Source: Camelus ferus (Eukaryota). Taken from it: a DNA stretch of 64,000 nucleotides. Shown one piece after another: positions 15,668 through 28,453 of this stretch. Position 1 is the first letter of the stretch, and every line of letters starts with the position of its first letter. The position numbers and the translations under genes are program-made. The stretch lies in contig NC_045696.1 in assembly GCF_009834535.1 (NCBI RefSeq), positions 3,598,001 through 3,662,000 on the forward strand. The letters are read 5' to 3'. The notes under the pieces are model-generated. The model had not been told where the DNA came from. It made no database searches and worked only from the letters and a program-made list of their open reading frames with translations.

Positions 15668-16337
15668 TAGCCTTTAGTTTTTGGACAATTATCTTTCTAC
15701 CTGGTCAAATACATGACAAGCCAAAGCAAGGCTCACCCCTGTAGTATATTCTGAAGCTAAAAATCTGGGTGATAGCTGAGCCATCGAGTGCACTCCATGA
15801 CATTTCCGTGGGGACAGCACACTGCCCTTAACCTCTGGCTGTGAGTGGTCAGTGCAGAGCTTCTTCTGTTAAAAGTCATTCATTTGAAGGCTTGTTGCTC
15901 AGCCACTTCAGATCCAGCCGGATTCTGTGCTTGTCCCCACAGCCACCACCTTGGGGACAACTTCTGTAGAGGTGTATGGTTTATTTATTTATTTTTTTGG
16001 AACTTATACTGTGTTCCTGCCTGAACAAAAGTGTTATCTTCCTGGAATAGATCACTTGACACGGTTTTGGAATCCAAAACAGAACGTGAAATTCTGGCTT
16101 AATTAAAAGGTTTTTGAAATTTTATTTAAACCTGGGCTTCCAATGCCCCTCTAGGGCACCCCTTCTCCACTCCCCACCAAAAAAAAAAAAAAAAAAAAAG
16201 AATAAGAGAGATTGTTAAAATATCTTGCCATTTGGCTCCTACCTTTTCCAGCCACTTGAAGCAGGGTTGACGTGAGGTGCGGTTTCACGTTCTCCTGACT
16301 GTAGAGTCGGGCACTTCGGGAGGGTCGTTATAATTAG

Positions 16338-16613
<276 letters not shown>

Positions 16614-17619
16614 TGATGGGAGGCTGGGAGGGGTGTTGGCTCCCTGCTCTGAGTTTCAGAGCACACTCTGCTCAGATCTCACTTTATTAACTTTATGAAG
16701 GTTATCTTGTTCTCTTGTTCAATGTGCCAGTTACATGGTTTCCATAAAATAAGTAGGACTCGGGTCACGTAATCATAAAGGCCACTTTATTTTTGTCTCC
16801 CCCGGCCCATGAAACCTACTTAAAAGGAGTTTCCCCCAGAACTCTGGGTGCAGATTGCCCACATTTCTGGTTGCTTGTGTTACTGTCTCTTGAAATCAAA
16901 GCACAGTCTAAACTGGGGGGTCAAGCATTCTCCCTTCCCTGGCCCTCTGCATCCCTGTCCCAAGGCCCAGCTCCCACCCGAGGAGCCCTCCCCACGCCCC
17001 CCCTACTGGGGGTCGGCTGTCACTTTGCCCCCCTCCACTGCCTTTGGAAGTGTTGTGTCTGTTGTCCGCAGGCCAGGACTGAAAAGTTCCTGTTCACATC
17101 CCACTTTTAATTCCAGTGTTGCTTTAATCTCACTGCATTAGAAGTAAGCTTAGCGTGAGTTTCGGTATCAGCTCTGAGTCCAGGGGACCAGGCAGGGCAT
17201 CTCAGCTCCGCCGCCTACCTGGCTGCCTCACCTCTTCCCTGTTACTCAAACGAGTATTAAAACAGCACCTCCCTCAGAAGGTCTGGGGGTGATCCGCGCA
17301 ATAGCGTGCGTGGAGCTCTTTGCAGGGCTTCGAGCCTCCCCGGATGGTGGCCCCGGTGTGGTTCCCCCAAGGGAAGGAACAGCTTCTGTGAACTGGCCGC
17401 CCATTACTCTGTACACTGGGGTGTGAGGTCCACCAGCCACTCCTGGGTGGGAAGAGGAGCGGTGCATTGCCTTTCAAAGTTCACGGTCTCCCCAGAGCTT
17501 AGAGGCTTTTGTTTACCTGCCTCAGTTGTTCTTCCCCTCCACGGAGTCATCACTTACGTCCAGTAAAGTGCACGATCTGAAGTGTACACCTCAGTGAGTG
17601 TTGTATCATCACAGAGCAT

Positions 17620-17852
17620 CAGCTGTGGACCCAGGGTCAATGGACTGCAGCCTGTGGCCAACGCTGGCCCCAGCCCATCACCTGTCCTGCTCAAGCTTTC
17701 CTCTGAACCCAGCCCTGTGCACTTTTCCATATGGTAGTGGCTGCTTCCCCAATTCCGAGGCAGCATGGACTAATTGTGACAGACCAGCCGCCCAGAAAAC
17801 CCCAACTATCCAGCTCTCCGGTCCTTTACAGAAAGTATTTGCCAACCTCTCC
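17620..17852. mobile_element. MER58-like hAT remnant
   Basis: cagggtcaatggactgcagcctgtggcca...tttacagaaagtatttgccaacc. Confidence 0.55.
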
Positions 17853-17908
17853 TCAAGGACCATATCTGTCACCCCAGACGTCCCTGTCAAAGTTTCAGGC
17901 TTTGCTAA

Positions 17909-18208
<300 letters not shown>

Positions 18209-19711
18209 TGAGAGGTTACTGAATCATTTGAAGAAAAATGATTGAAACAGAAAGGCCGACATGATGTCAACTCCCCTTTGGGGACAGCACCTTAGCCCCC
18301 ATCAGCACTCCATCACAGGGAGACTTCACTTTACACATTACACATTTCCAAACCATTTCCTTTTTTTTCTTTCTTTCTTTTTTTTTTTTTTTTGCAATGA
18401 GTGTTTATGCCTTTTTGCCATCAGAGAAATGAAGCTTGTTTTAAAACACATCCCAACCCCCCATTCCTCCATTCTCCTGCTCTGTGACGTTTGTCCAGAG
18501 CAGATGACGGCTGGTAGGCCGCCCCTGGGGGACGCCAGGCAGGCCAGGCTGCTGGAGCAGCCAGCCCCTCAGGGAAGGGCCCCATGTGAGTCCCGTACTG
18601 CTCTTTAACATTGCAGAACGAACGAGGAGAGTGTGAACGGTGGGGGACAGCTGGGAGATGTGGTCGTCGAGAGGGGATGAGGAAGAAGGTGGATTTTTGG
18701 ACACAGAGGGTGGGTTGATACATGAAGGCATGAGAGGGTGGGATGGGAGGGCACCGTGAAAATGGACCCCTCAGCTGCTGGGAGAGGGCCTAGAACAGGT
18801 CCTGGGAGGTGCGAAAGGTCAGTCACCAGTGTTGGCATGGTACCTGGAGAGGTCCAGGTACTTTGACCAGCATCACCAGGTGATGCCACTGGGTTTCCAG
18901 CATGCACTTCCAAAGGCAGCCAGCAGGGGCGATGGTGTCTCTGGAAGCCCCTGGCCCAAAGATTGGGTTTTCTTTAGGATGAATAAATGAGTGAAATGAG
19001 AATAAGGCTCCTCGAGGCTTTCTCTAAGGTTTTATTTTAGAATCACTGGGATTTCAACATCTAATGTATCCGACTGATTGTATTTATCTTTTTTACTGAT
19101 GCTCAAATAGTCCCAAACTGAGTCTGGGCACTTCTGACTCGAGTCAGAAAAGGGTGGTTGTCAGCTGTCACTGAGCAGACTCTCGTGTGCACCTGCCACA
19201 CAGGTCCAGACAAGCAGCGCAGCCCCCCAGCGAGTCCCCTGTGTCCCCGCAGCCCCTCTCCCACCCCCAGCCCCGTAGGTTTAGCACCTGCATGTGCTTT
19301 GCACGTGAATGTAGGGCTTAGGACGAAAGTGCGTGCTGATCCATTCTGCCTGCAAGAAACACAGAAACGCTGTAGGGACAAAGGTTAAAGGGCAAATTGA
19401 GTCTGGGGCTCCGGAGCTCCCTTCTCTGCCCCGTGTGCTCTCCTGTGCTTAGAAGGATGCCCTGCCCACACACGCGTCCAGCCGCCTGGCTGCCGGGGGA
19501 CGGGCCTTAACTGCTTCCTCAGCACCTTCCAGCCTGCGAACTCGGGCGGCCCTCTGCCGTGGGAGACCTGCTCACTGGCTGTCATCCCGCGTCTCCTTAG
19601 CTGCCCCTTGGCCACTTGGGCGTCTGGCTGACACTGCAGTGGCCAGTCGGGTGTTTGGACGGGATGTTAATGCTTTCCCCCGCCCGCCGCTCCTTCCGAG
19701 TATCTGTGTGA

Positions 19712-20302
<591 letters not shown>

Positions 20303-21084
20303 TGAGTGGCTGAGTCACCTCTCTGCCTTTGGAGAGGCAGTTTGTATTCATGGCTGGAGGCGCTCCTTACCCTGTCTGGGCACCCCCCCCCCCAAGCAGA
20401 ACTATCCAGAGCATTGAGAGGGGTCACCAAGAGCCAGGCAGAGACTGGGGTTCCCTCAGCTGCGGAGACGGGCACCCCTACTCCTGTGTGCCTCTCTGAG
20501 TCTTTCCTCCAACTGAAACCAAGCCAGACCTCCCGACTCGAGCCGAGCCTCACAGGGGCCACAGGGAGAGGGGCCCCCTAGAAAACTACCTGGTTCCCTG
20601 CTCCGTGTGCGGCGAAGAGGTGATCGTCGCGGGAGGACGGGGGTGTTTCCCACGAGCACCAAGTCAGTGCTCGGCATCCGTAAACGTCGTCCGTGCGGGC
20701 AGTTTTACCCAGACGGCGCTTTGGCACAACGGTGACCTGAAGGTGTTTGCCAGGGGAACGCGGCCCGGAGGCTGGGGGCCAGTCTGGCCGTGAGCCCTCA
20801 GGACTCGCCGAGCCTCGGCTTTCTCCTCCAGAAACAGGGACGTGCCCACCCACCGTGTGTGCCCACCTCCCAGAAAACCCCATCAGCCAGGCAGTACCAG
20901 GAGGTCCCAGTGCAGAGGACAGGGCAGGGGGGCTGGGGCAGGCGTCAGAGCTGAGCCTGGGGGCACGGCTCCTCGCTGGGTCCCGACTCCCCGAGAGCGT
21001 AGGTGTTAGGAACCTCAGCCACTCAGGGTCTGGATCCTGGGGGGGCTGTCCTTCCTTCTGCTCCTTTGCTCTTGGTGCCGCAGA

Positions 21085-21300
21085 CCAGGGATTCCTTCTT
21101 GGGTGACTATGCCCCCTCCCTGGGGGACACTGGCAGCATCTGGAGAGGGTTTGGGCTGTCTCAGCTGGGAGTTGGGGGCACTGCTGGCATCAGGCGGGTA
21201 GAGGCCAGGGTGCTGCTCCCCAACCCGCAGGGCACAGGGCGGCCCCGTGCACAGCACCACGTGGCCGACGGGTCCATGGCGCCATGCTGGAGAGCCTGAC
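21085..21300. mobile_element. MER20-like hAT element
   Basis: gggggacactggcagcatctggaga...ctgctggcatcaggcgggtagaggccagggtgctgct. Confidence 0.7.
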
Positions 21301-23741
21301 TGCAGGGGCCTACCTCCCGCCTCGCCTGCCTCCCACCTGTTGGCTTCCCGCCTCTCCCCCGTGAACCCCCCTTCGTGGAAGCAGAAGGGGCAGATGGGGG
21401 AGGAGTTGGAGTTAGAAGAGGAGGAGAGAGGGAGGAGGGAGCGGATTCTCAGACGTGATTTCTGGACCCTGGGATGAAGATGGAGTCTGTCTCCTGCTAC
21501 CTGGGCTGGGGCCTGGCCCCGAGGGCACGTCAGGGTGATGGAGGGCAGTTTGTGAAGCTGTGACCAGATCCTTGGCGCACATGATGGGAAAGGCGGTCTG
21601 GCTGCTGCTTCTCACCCCTGTCCTGGCCTTTGTCTTGGGGCCAGAACAGCCCACGGGGGCTTCCTGCATCTGAGGAAGGCAGGTGGGCACTGTGAGAAGT
21701 AGAAACGGGGGTCGTGTGGGGCGCCCTTTCCTCTCCATTCTGTCACCTCCTCCCGCTGGACCAGCCGTCCGTCCCTTCTGCTCACAGAACCCGCCGCTCC
21801 CTCCTGCCACCTCTGTTCATTCTGAAAGGCGGAGCCTCGCTGACCCAGGCCCATCCCGAGACCACTGTTCCTCCATCCCCTCCCTCCCTCCTGCTTCTCC
21901 TTCCAGGGTTTTCCCTTGGGTCTCCATCCTTGCTGTGTACTGGCCACCCTGCTCCTTCCCTGCGATGACACCCTCAAACAGGTGGGGACCTCGGTGCCAG
22001 CAGGTGTGCCTTGTGCCCCACCCGGAGGCCCGGCTGTGGGACCGGGCGGGGGTGCTGAGCGCTGCACAGATCTGGGATTTTTTAAACAGACACACTTGGC
22101 AGCATTTAAAAAACTGCTTTTCTTCCAGTGTTTTCTGAGAGGTATGTGCTCAGCATCTCTATGAGCTGTTGTCAGAACCTCAGATGACTTTGCAGTTGGG
22201 GTGCCAAAGAGTTTTCATTTTCCACCCAAAAATTTCCAAAACCGGTGATTCAGGGGGCAGCTCTGTGGAGTTTCTTCTCACTTTTAAAGTCAAGACAGTT
22301 TTCTGGCTTAAGAACCACCTGTATCTCCTGATGTAGGAAGGAGCTGGCAATAGGTTTCCGAGTCTGCTTCCCTGCTTACAATTCTCCTGGATTTTCTCTG
22401 GTCGGAAATGTACGTGTTGTGAGGATGCAGGAAATGCAGCCCCAAGTCTGGGTCTATTTTCAGCTTCACGGAGTGTCGACTTGGTTGCACAGCAACACGC
22501 GTGCACTTAACCCGCCCCAGCTTGACACTCACAGGTGCCGAAGACGGTCCATTTCATGTTCTGTGTGTTTTTACTACCAGTAGGAACAAAAATATTGGTG
22601 GAGCCATTGGAAAATATTAAAAAGTAAAAAGAAAAAAAAAACTACGCCAAGCGCTCTGCACAGGAACGTCATATGTGGTGTAAGGTGAATGCTTCAGACT
22701 CTGACCGTCTTGCATTCTGATTTTGCTCTTGCAAACTTTTCTTTTCACCTCTCCCTTCTCTCCGCCTCCTGCGCATCCCCTTTAACCTAAGAGGATCGCT
22801 ATGCCAGCCAGAATTAATTGCCTACACAGTAAGTTATTTTTGTTTTATATGTGTTTTTAAATTAAGTATAGCCTTGCTATGAGAAAAGCCCGTCTCCTAA
22901 CCGAGCCAGAAGTTAACTCCCCCTCCCCTCCCCGCCTTTTTCCTCGTGTCCCTCCGGCTTCCAGTCTGACCCTCCCAGGATGCTGGTTTGCCCGTTTTCC
23001 TCCTTCAAAGCACCCTGGTCAGGTGGCACGTCACCTTCATCGCGGCCGGGCCGGGGAAGGTGTCCCTCTGCTCCCCGATGCGACGAAACAGCCTCACAGT
23101 CAAGTACATACAGACCAGCTCCTTTCAGTGTCCTCAGTTCTAAAAAAGCCGTTACTTCTGTGAACGGGCCATCTGTGGTTCCACTTGAAATCTGAAGCTG
23201 CTTTGGGGCAGCAAACTGCAATTTATAAGGTTGCCTTTGGCCACTGTTTCCCTCTGTATCAGATTTTAAGGCGCAGTCTTCGATGTGCGAGTTATGTCTG
23301 TTAGACCCTGTGGAGACCAGTGGGCATGCATTTGGGGCTATTTGCAACATGAAGGCTGTACTTTAGAATAGTTATTTTTAATCCCTTCACATACTGTTTA
23401 TACTTCATCCTTGTAACTTTTTTTTTTCAATCTTGCTAGAACCAAGGAAAGATTTTTTTCTCTTCCCCGTCCTGTCTAAGATTTTGGGGTTTTTTTTGCC
23501 TCAGATGGCACATAACCTGTTGCCAGATTTGACCTTCAGGAGTCCTTAAGGAGGTGAGTGAGATCTGAGTCTTGCTTCTTGCCTGTCGGTGTGGGTGATG
23601 TGGCCTGGAAAAAAGGAGGTGAGCTTATGGAATCCAAGCGGCCCCAGCTCCCCTCACCCCACTGAGGTGAATTTCCCCACTAGCAAAGGGTGACAGATTC
23701 CGTGCGCCCAGAGGCAAGGGTGACATACCAAACTATTAGTT

Positions 23742-24135
23742 ATTGTCTCGGTCGGGGTTCTCCAGAGGAACAGAACCAACAGGTTTTCGAGTTCGAGGAA
23801 CTGGACCACGCAGTCGTCGGTGCCGCAAGGCTGAGATCTGTGGGCCAGGCCAGCAGGCCAGGGGCGAACCAATCAGGAGCTGATGGTGTGGTCTTGAGGC
23901 AGAATTTCTGCTCTGGGAACCTTCGTTTTGGTCCTTTAGGCATTCAGTTGATTGGATGAAACCCACCACGTTATCCTGGGTCATCTCCTTTCGCCCAGGC
24001 CACCTGATGGTTGATGTTAACCTCGTCGACCACGTGCCTTCCAGCAGCACTCAGATTAGTGTTGGCTGGAATCGCCAGGTGCACTGGGCAGACTGGTACC
24101 GTCTCCGTTAGCCCAGGTCGCCCCCTGTGATATCA
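23742..24135. mobile_element. MLT2-like LTR
   Basis: gggttctccagaggaacagaaccaacagg...ttcagttgattggatgaaacccacc...gatgttaa. Confidence 0.65.
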
Positions 24136-25904
24136 CCTCCCAGCAGACGAGAGGTGTGCTCGCCCGTCTGAGCTGCGACCCCGCACCCACTGTGGCCTGG
24201 CTGCACCGGCGTCCACTGAGCACACCTGTGCTGTGTCCTCCCAGCATCATTTACCCCAAAGGTCATGGTGATTTAGTGGCCAAATTACAACGGACATTAA
24301 CATTTTCATTTAGAAATGAAGACAGCGTAACCTCTGTTAATGCTGGTCATTCCTCATGTTTGATGAGTGAAACTGTGGGCCCTGGAGATGGGCTCACATC
24401 GCTAGAATGTCCTATCCTGCCCGCACTGCCCACGGGCCTCCTGAGAAAGTCGCATCATTCTGGAAAGCCTGTCTGAGGCCCTGCCTGAGTGCCGGGCTCT
24501 GCTCTGCCATCCCTCTGAAAGCAGTGTCCACCCTGCCTTCCGGAGGCCTCTCCAGTGGCTGCCCACGGACAGGACCTCCAGACCCCCACCCCTTCCAGCT
24601 CAGACACCATCCTTAGCAGCACTGAAGACCAGGAGTGACAGCCCAGCTTTGCAACTTGGGCCCCCGTCGGTAGGACAGAGCACATCGCATCTCCGAGTCT
24701 CTGCTTCCTCACTTGTCAGCGAGGGATGAGGTCACCCTCAGAGGTTGTCCAGACGTAAGCAGGGCTCGGGGCCTCTAATTTGCAAACCTCCATCCCTCCC
24801 CTCACATGACTCTTCTCTGTCCAAGAACCGATGTCCCCCAGAAGCCTTGACAAGTCGTGTCAAGTTAGGGGAGCGCAGGCCTGCTGAGCCATGCAGATGA
24901 CTTCGGGACGATTTGCACCTGGGTACATGTGGCGTCATCCTGTCCCAGCATCAACACTGAACAGGCAGAGCTGACCCCGCCGCACGCCCGTTCCAGAGGG
25001 CGTGAGTGAGGACGAAGAACAGAGAGACCCCGTTGCGGGCCTGTAGGGGCAGTGCACATCTGCAGGCATGCAGCTGGCTGGAGCAGGGATGCTCCGGGAG
25101 CAGGCAGGCCTTGGACGTGGGTGAAGCCACCAGCAGTCATTTAAACGACGTGGCAGATGGTCTCCCTGCTCTGCCAGCTCTGTTCCCAGGGGGGAAGTCC
25201 TTGATGTTTTAACTTCCTGGGGCAAGAATTTGAAGTTTAGGCATTTAAAGCACAACGTCATTTAAACAACCTAAAGCGATGGCTCGGATGCGTGCAGAGT
25301 CCCTTTGGGAAGAGGTCTGAGCGCAGCCACCCCCGGCCTGGCCCCACGTTCTGGCTTCTCTCTCAGTCCGGTGCAGAGCTGGACTTCCCGGCAGCAGGTG
25401 CTGTGCCCGCAGGGCGGGCTGCCCTCGTCCCCTGCCCCCCCATCCCACGCAGCACCCCTGAGACATCTAAACATGGAGGGCATCACAAAACCAAGTGAAG
25501 GGAAGTGAACGTGCTGCCAACTTTCTGCTCTCCGGTCTGGTCCCGGGGCTGACGTCTGCGTCCTTAGCAATGAGGTCCCGCACTCCAGGCGCTGATGGCA
25601 TCTGACCTGACCCCGGCAGTGGTTTCCAGCTGCACTAGAGGGACCTGGGATCCCCTAGAAGGTGCTGATGTCAGAGTGTGTCCCCAGAGCCCATCACATC
25701 AGATTCTGCACAGCTGGGCCCGGCCATCTGCAGTTTTAAAAGGCTGCCGCTCCGCCTCCAGCATGTCTTGGGGCTGAGAACACCACTCTGCTGTGAGCCC
25801 CCTGCCTCGATCTTCCTCGTGGCATCCAGGGTCCAAGGATAAACAGGAGGACGTGGCCGGCTGCTTCAGGACCCTCATCTGAAGTCATACCTCCCCTCCC
25901 CCTT

Positions 25905-26317
25905 CTGGATTCCTGGGGTGGCCGTAACCACAGACGGGGTGGTTTAAACGACAGATTTCTTCTCTCTCAATTCCGGAGGCCGGGCATCTAAGACCAAGGT
26001 CTGGGCAGGGCTGGCTCCTCCGGAGGCTGAGTGGGAGAATCTCTCCCCCAGCTTCTGGGGGTTAACCATCTTTGGGGTTCCCTGGCTTCTAGAAGCATCA
26101 CCCCGATCTCTGCCGTCATCTTCTCAGGGTGTCTCCCTGTGTGCCTGTCTGTTCAGATGTCCCCTTTTTATAAGGACACCAGTCATATTGGACTGGGCTT
26201 GTTCTGATGACCTCACTGTAACTTCATCGCCTCTGTAATAACCACATCTCTAAATAAAGTCACGTCCTGAGGCCCCCAACATAGGAATTTGGGAGGGACA
26301 TGACCCAACCTGTAACA
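25905..26317. mobile_element. MaLR (MLT1-like) LTR
   Basis: ttttataaggacaccagtcatattgga, ctaaataaagtcacgtcctgagg; ends caacctgtaaca. Confidence 0.75.
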
Positions 26318-28144
26318 CCGCCCCTGCTCACGCTGCAGACCCTGGCTTCAGTCCCCGCCTGAAGTTCAGCGCAGGGACGTGAAGTGGGCTGTACAGGTGG
26401 CGGCTTCCCCAAGAGATCTTCACTGCCCGGCCTCCACATCCCTAGCTGTGCAGCTGACCCGAGGCTGGACTGGTCTGTTCCCCTGCCCACGCTCCCTCCC
26501 CCTGGGGAGATCGGGGTGGGGCGTGGGGTTGGAGAGTCCATGTTAACCGAGTGGATCCCCCAGACCTTCCTTCCTCCCCTCTGCTCCGATGTGACAGCCC
26601 CACACTTAGGTGCTGGTTGGGAGCTCCAAGCTCAACCTAAAGCACATACCTGTAGGTCAGAAATGCCTCCCAGGTTCCCCCAACCTGAGGTTCTGGTCGG
26701 GCTGGGAGGCCCCAGGGCATTTGATAAGCTGAGTGCTTCACCAGTGGGCATCACTGCGTCCGCCCCACCAGCCAGACTCTGCAGTCCTGCCCTGTCGGTG
26801 ATGGTTCCTGCCGTAACACACCCCTAACTGGTGATTCCTTTGGGATACGCTGCACCTTACAGGGATGGGAACAGCCCCGGGAATGCAGCCTTTCAGGCCT
26901 GTGACAGGAGCAAAGCCAGTGACACTTCTGTACTCACCCTCCTGTTCCGTTCCCTTCCTTGCCGCCCTGAAACCCCCTGCACGCTGCCTCCCGACTGTAG
27001 ATAGTCGTAAAAAATGTCCAGAGTTTTCATGATAGGTTGATTGTGTCCAGAGAGAAAAGGAGAAAAAAGTCTTTTTGGCAGCTTTGACCAAATTAAATTG
27101 GGCCCATTCCTCGGAGCTGTTGAGTCTCTGAGTTCTGCTGCTTCACCGGGCAGGCAGGTCAGGGGAGCTCCTCCCCGAGGCCAGGTCTAGGAAGTGGCCT
27201 CTTAAAGTCCCCGGCGATGAGTGGCAATCACGCAAAGGTCCGGGGAGGGGCGGGGTCAGATTCCACATTGTCCGAGCATTTCACGGAGAACAAGGCGATG
27301 CCCTGCAGCCTCCCGTCTGAATAAGCCTGGATGGCTATCTGTGTGTGTCGTGCTATCGCAGTATCTGTTGGATCTGTGTTATGAAAAGAATAAATTGCTG
27401 AATTCGCCCTAAAGCTCCTTGTTCTGACGGTCAGGTATGTCTTCTTTCAAAGTCATCAACACCTTCAGGCAAATGATAATGGATCTCACAGCCCGGCTGG
27501 AAAGGCCTCCGGACCTTGCCGGGCCTTGTCAATAGCACGTTGAGCTAATGTGTGAGGTGTCAGCGGGTGAGTGGGTTCCAGCCGCTGCTGCGCGGGCTTG
27601 CGTTTGACCTTCTTGGAACCGTTGCTGTTGAAATTACTGCCTCTGCTGAGTTGCCTCTATTCCACGTCCCACTGCTGGACATCATACACAGACAGGTCAA
27701 AGCAGCAGACGGAGCGGAGGCTCTGTAGGTCAACCGTGATCGAGTGAAAGACATTTCCTGTGACTCAGCCTGATGTACGTTGGATCTGGAGTCAGAGAGC
27801 TCTTACCCCCCAGAAGAATAAGTGTAATTTAACTTCCCCAAGAAAGTGGACACCACTGTTCTCAGAGCCCTTCATCTGGCTTTAGTGGCGTGAGCACCCT
27901 TTCTGGGGCGCATGGCACTCCTTTATGCCCGTCTAAATGAAGGGGAGTGGGTAGGCTGCGGGACACCAGGAAGTCCGGATCTGAGTGCCTGCCCTGGGAA
28001 TGGACCCCAAGGACAGCGCACCTCACTGCTCCCGCGTTCGCGTTTTAAGCTTCTCTCTGTGCCTTGGAAGCCTGAGTGCTGTGCACACACCAGACTCCAG
28101 CTGTCTTTGTGGTGCCAGCAGCGAGGGCTCACCTTCCTCATTAG

Positions 28145-28453
<309 letters not shown>

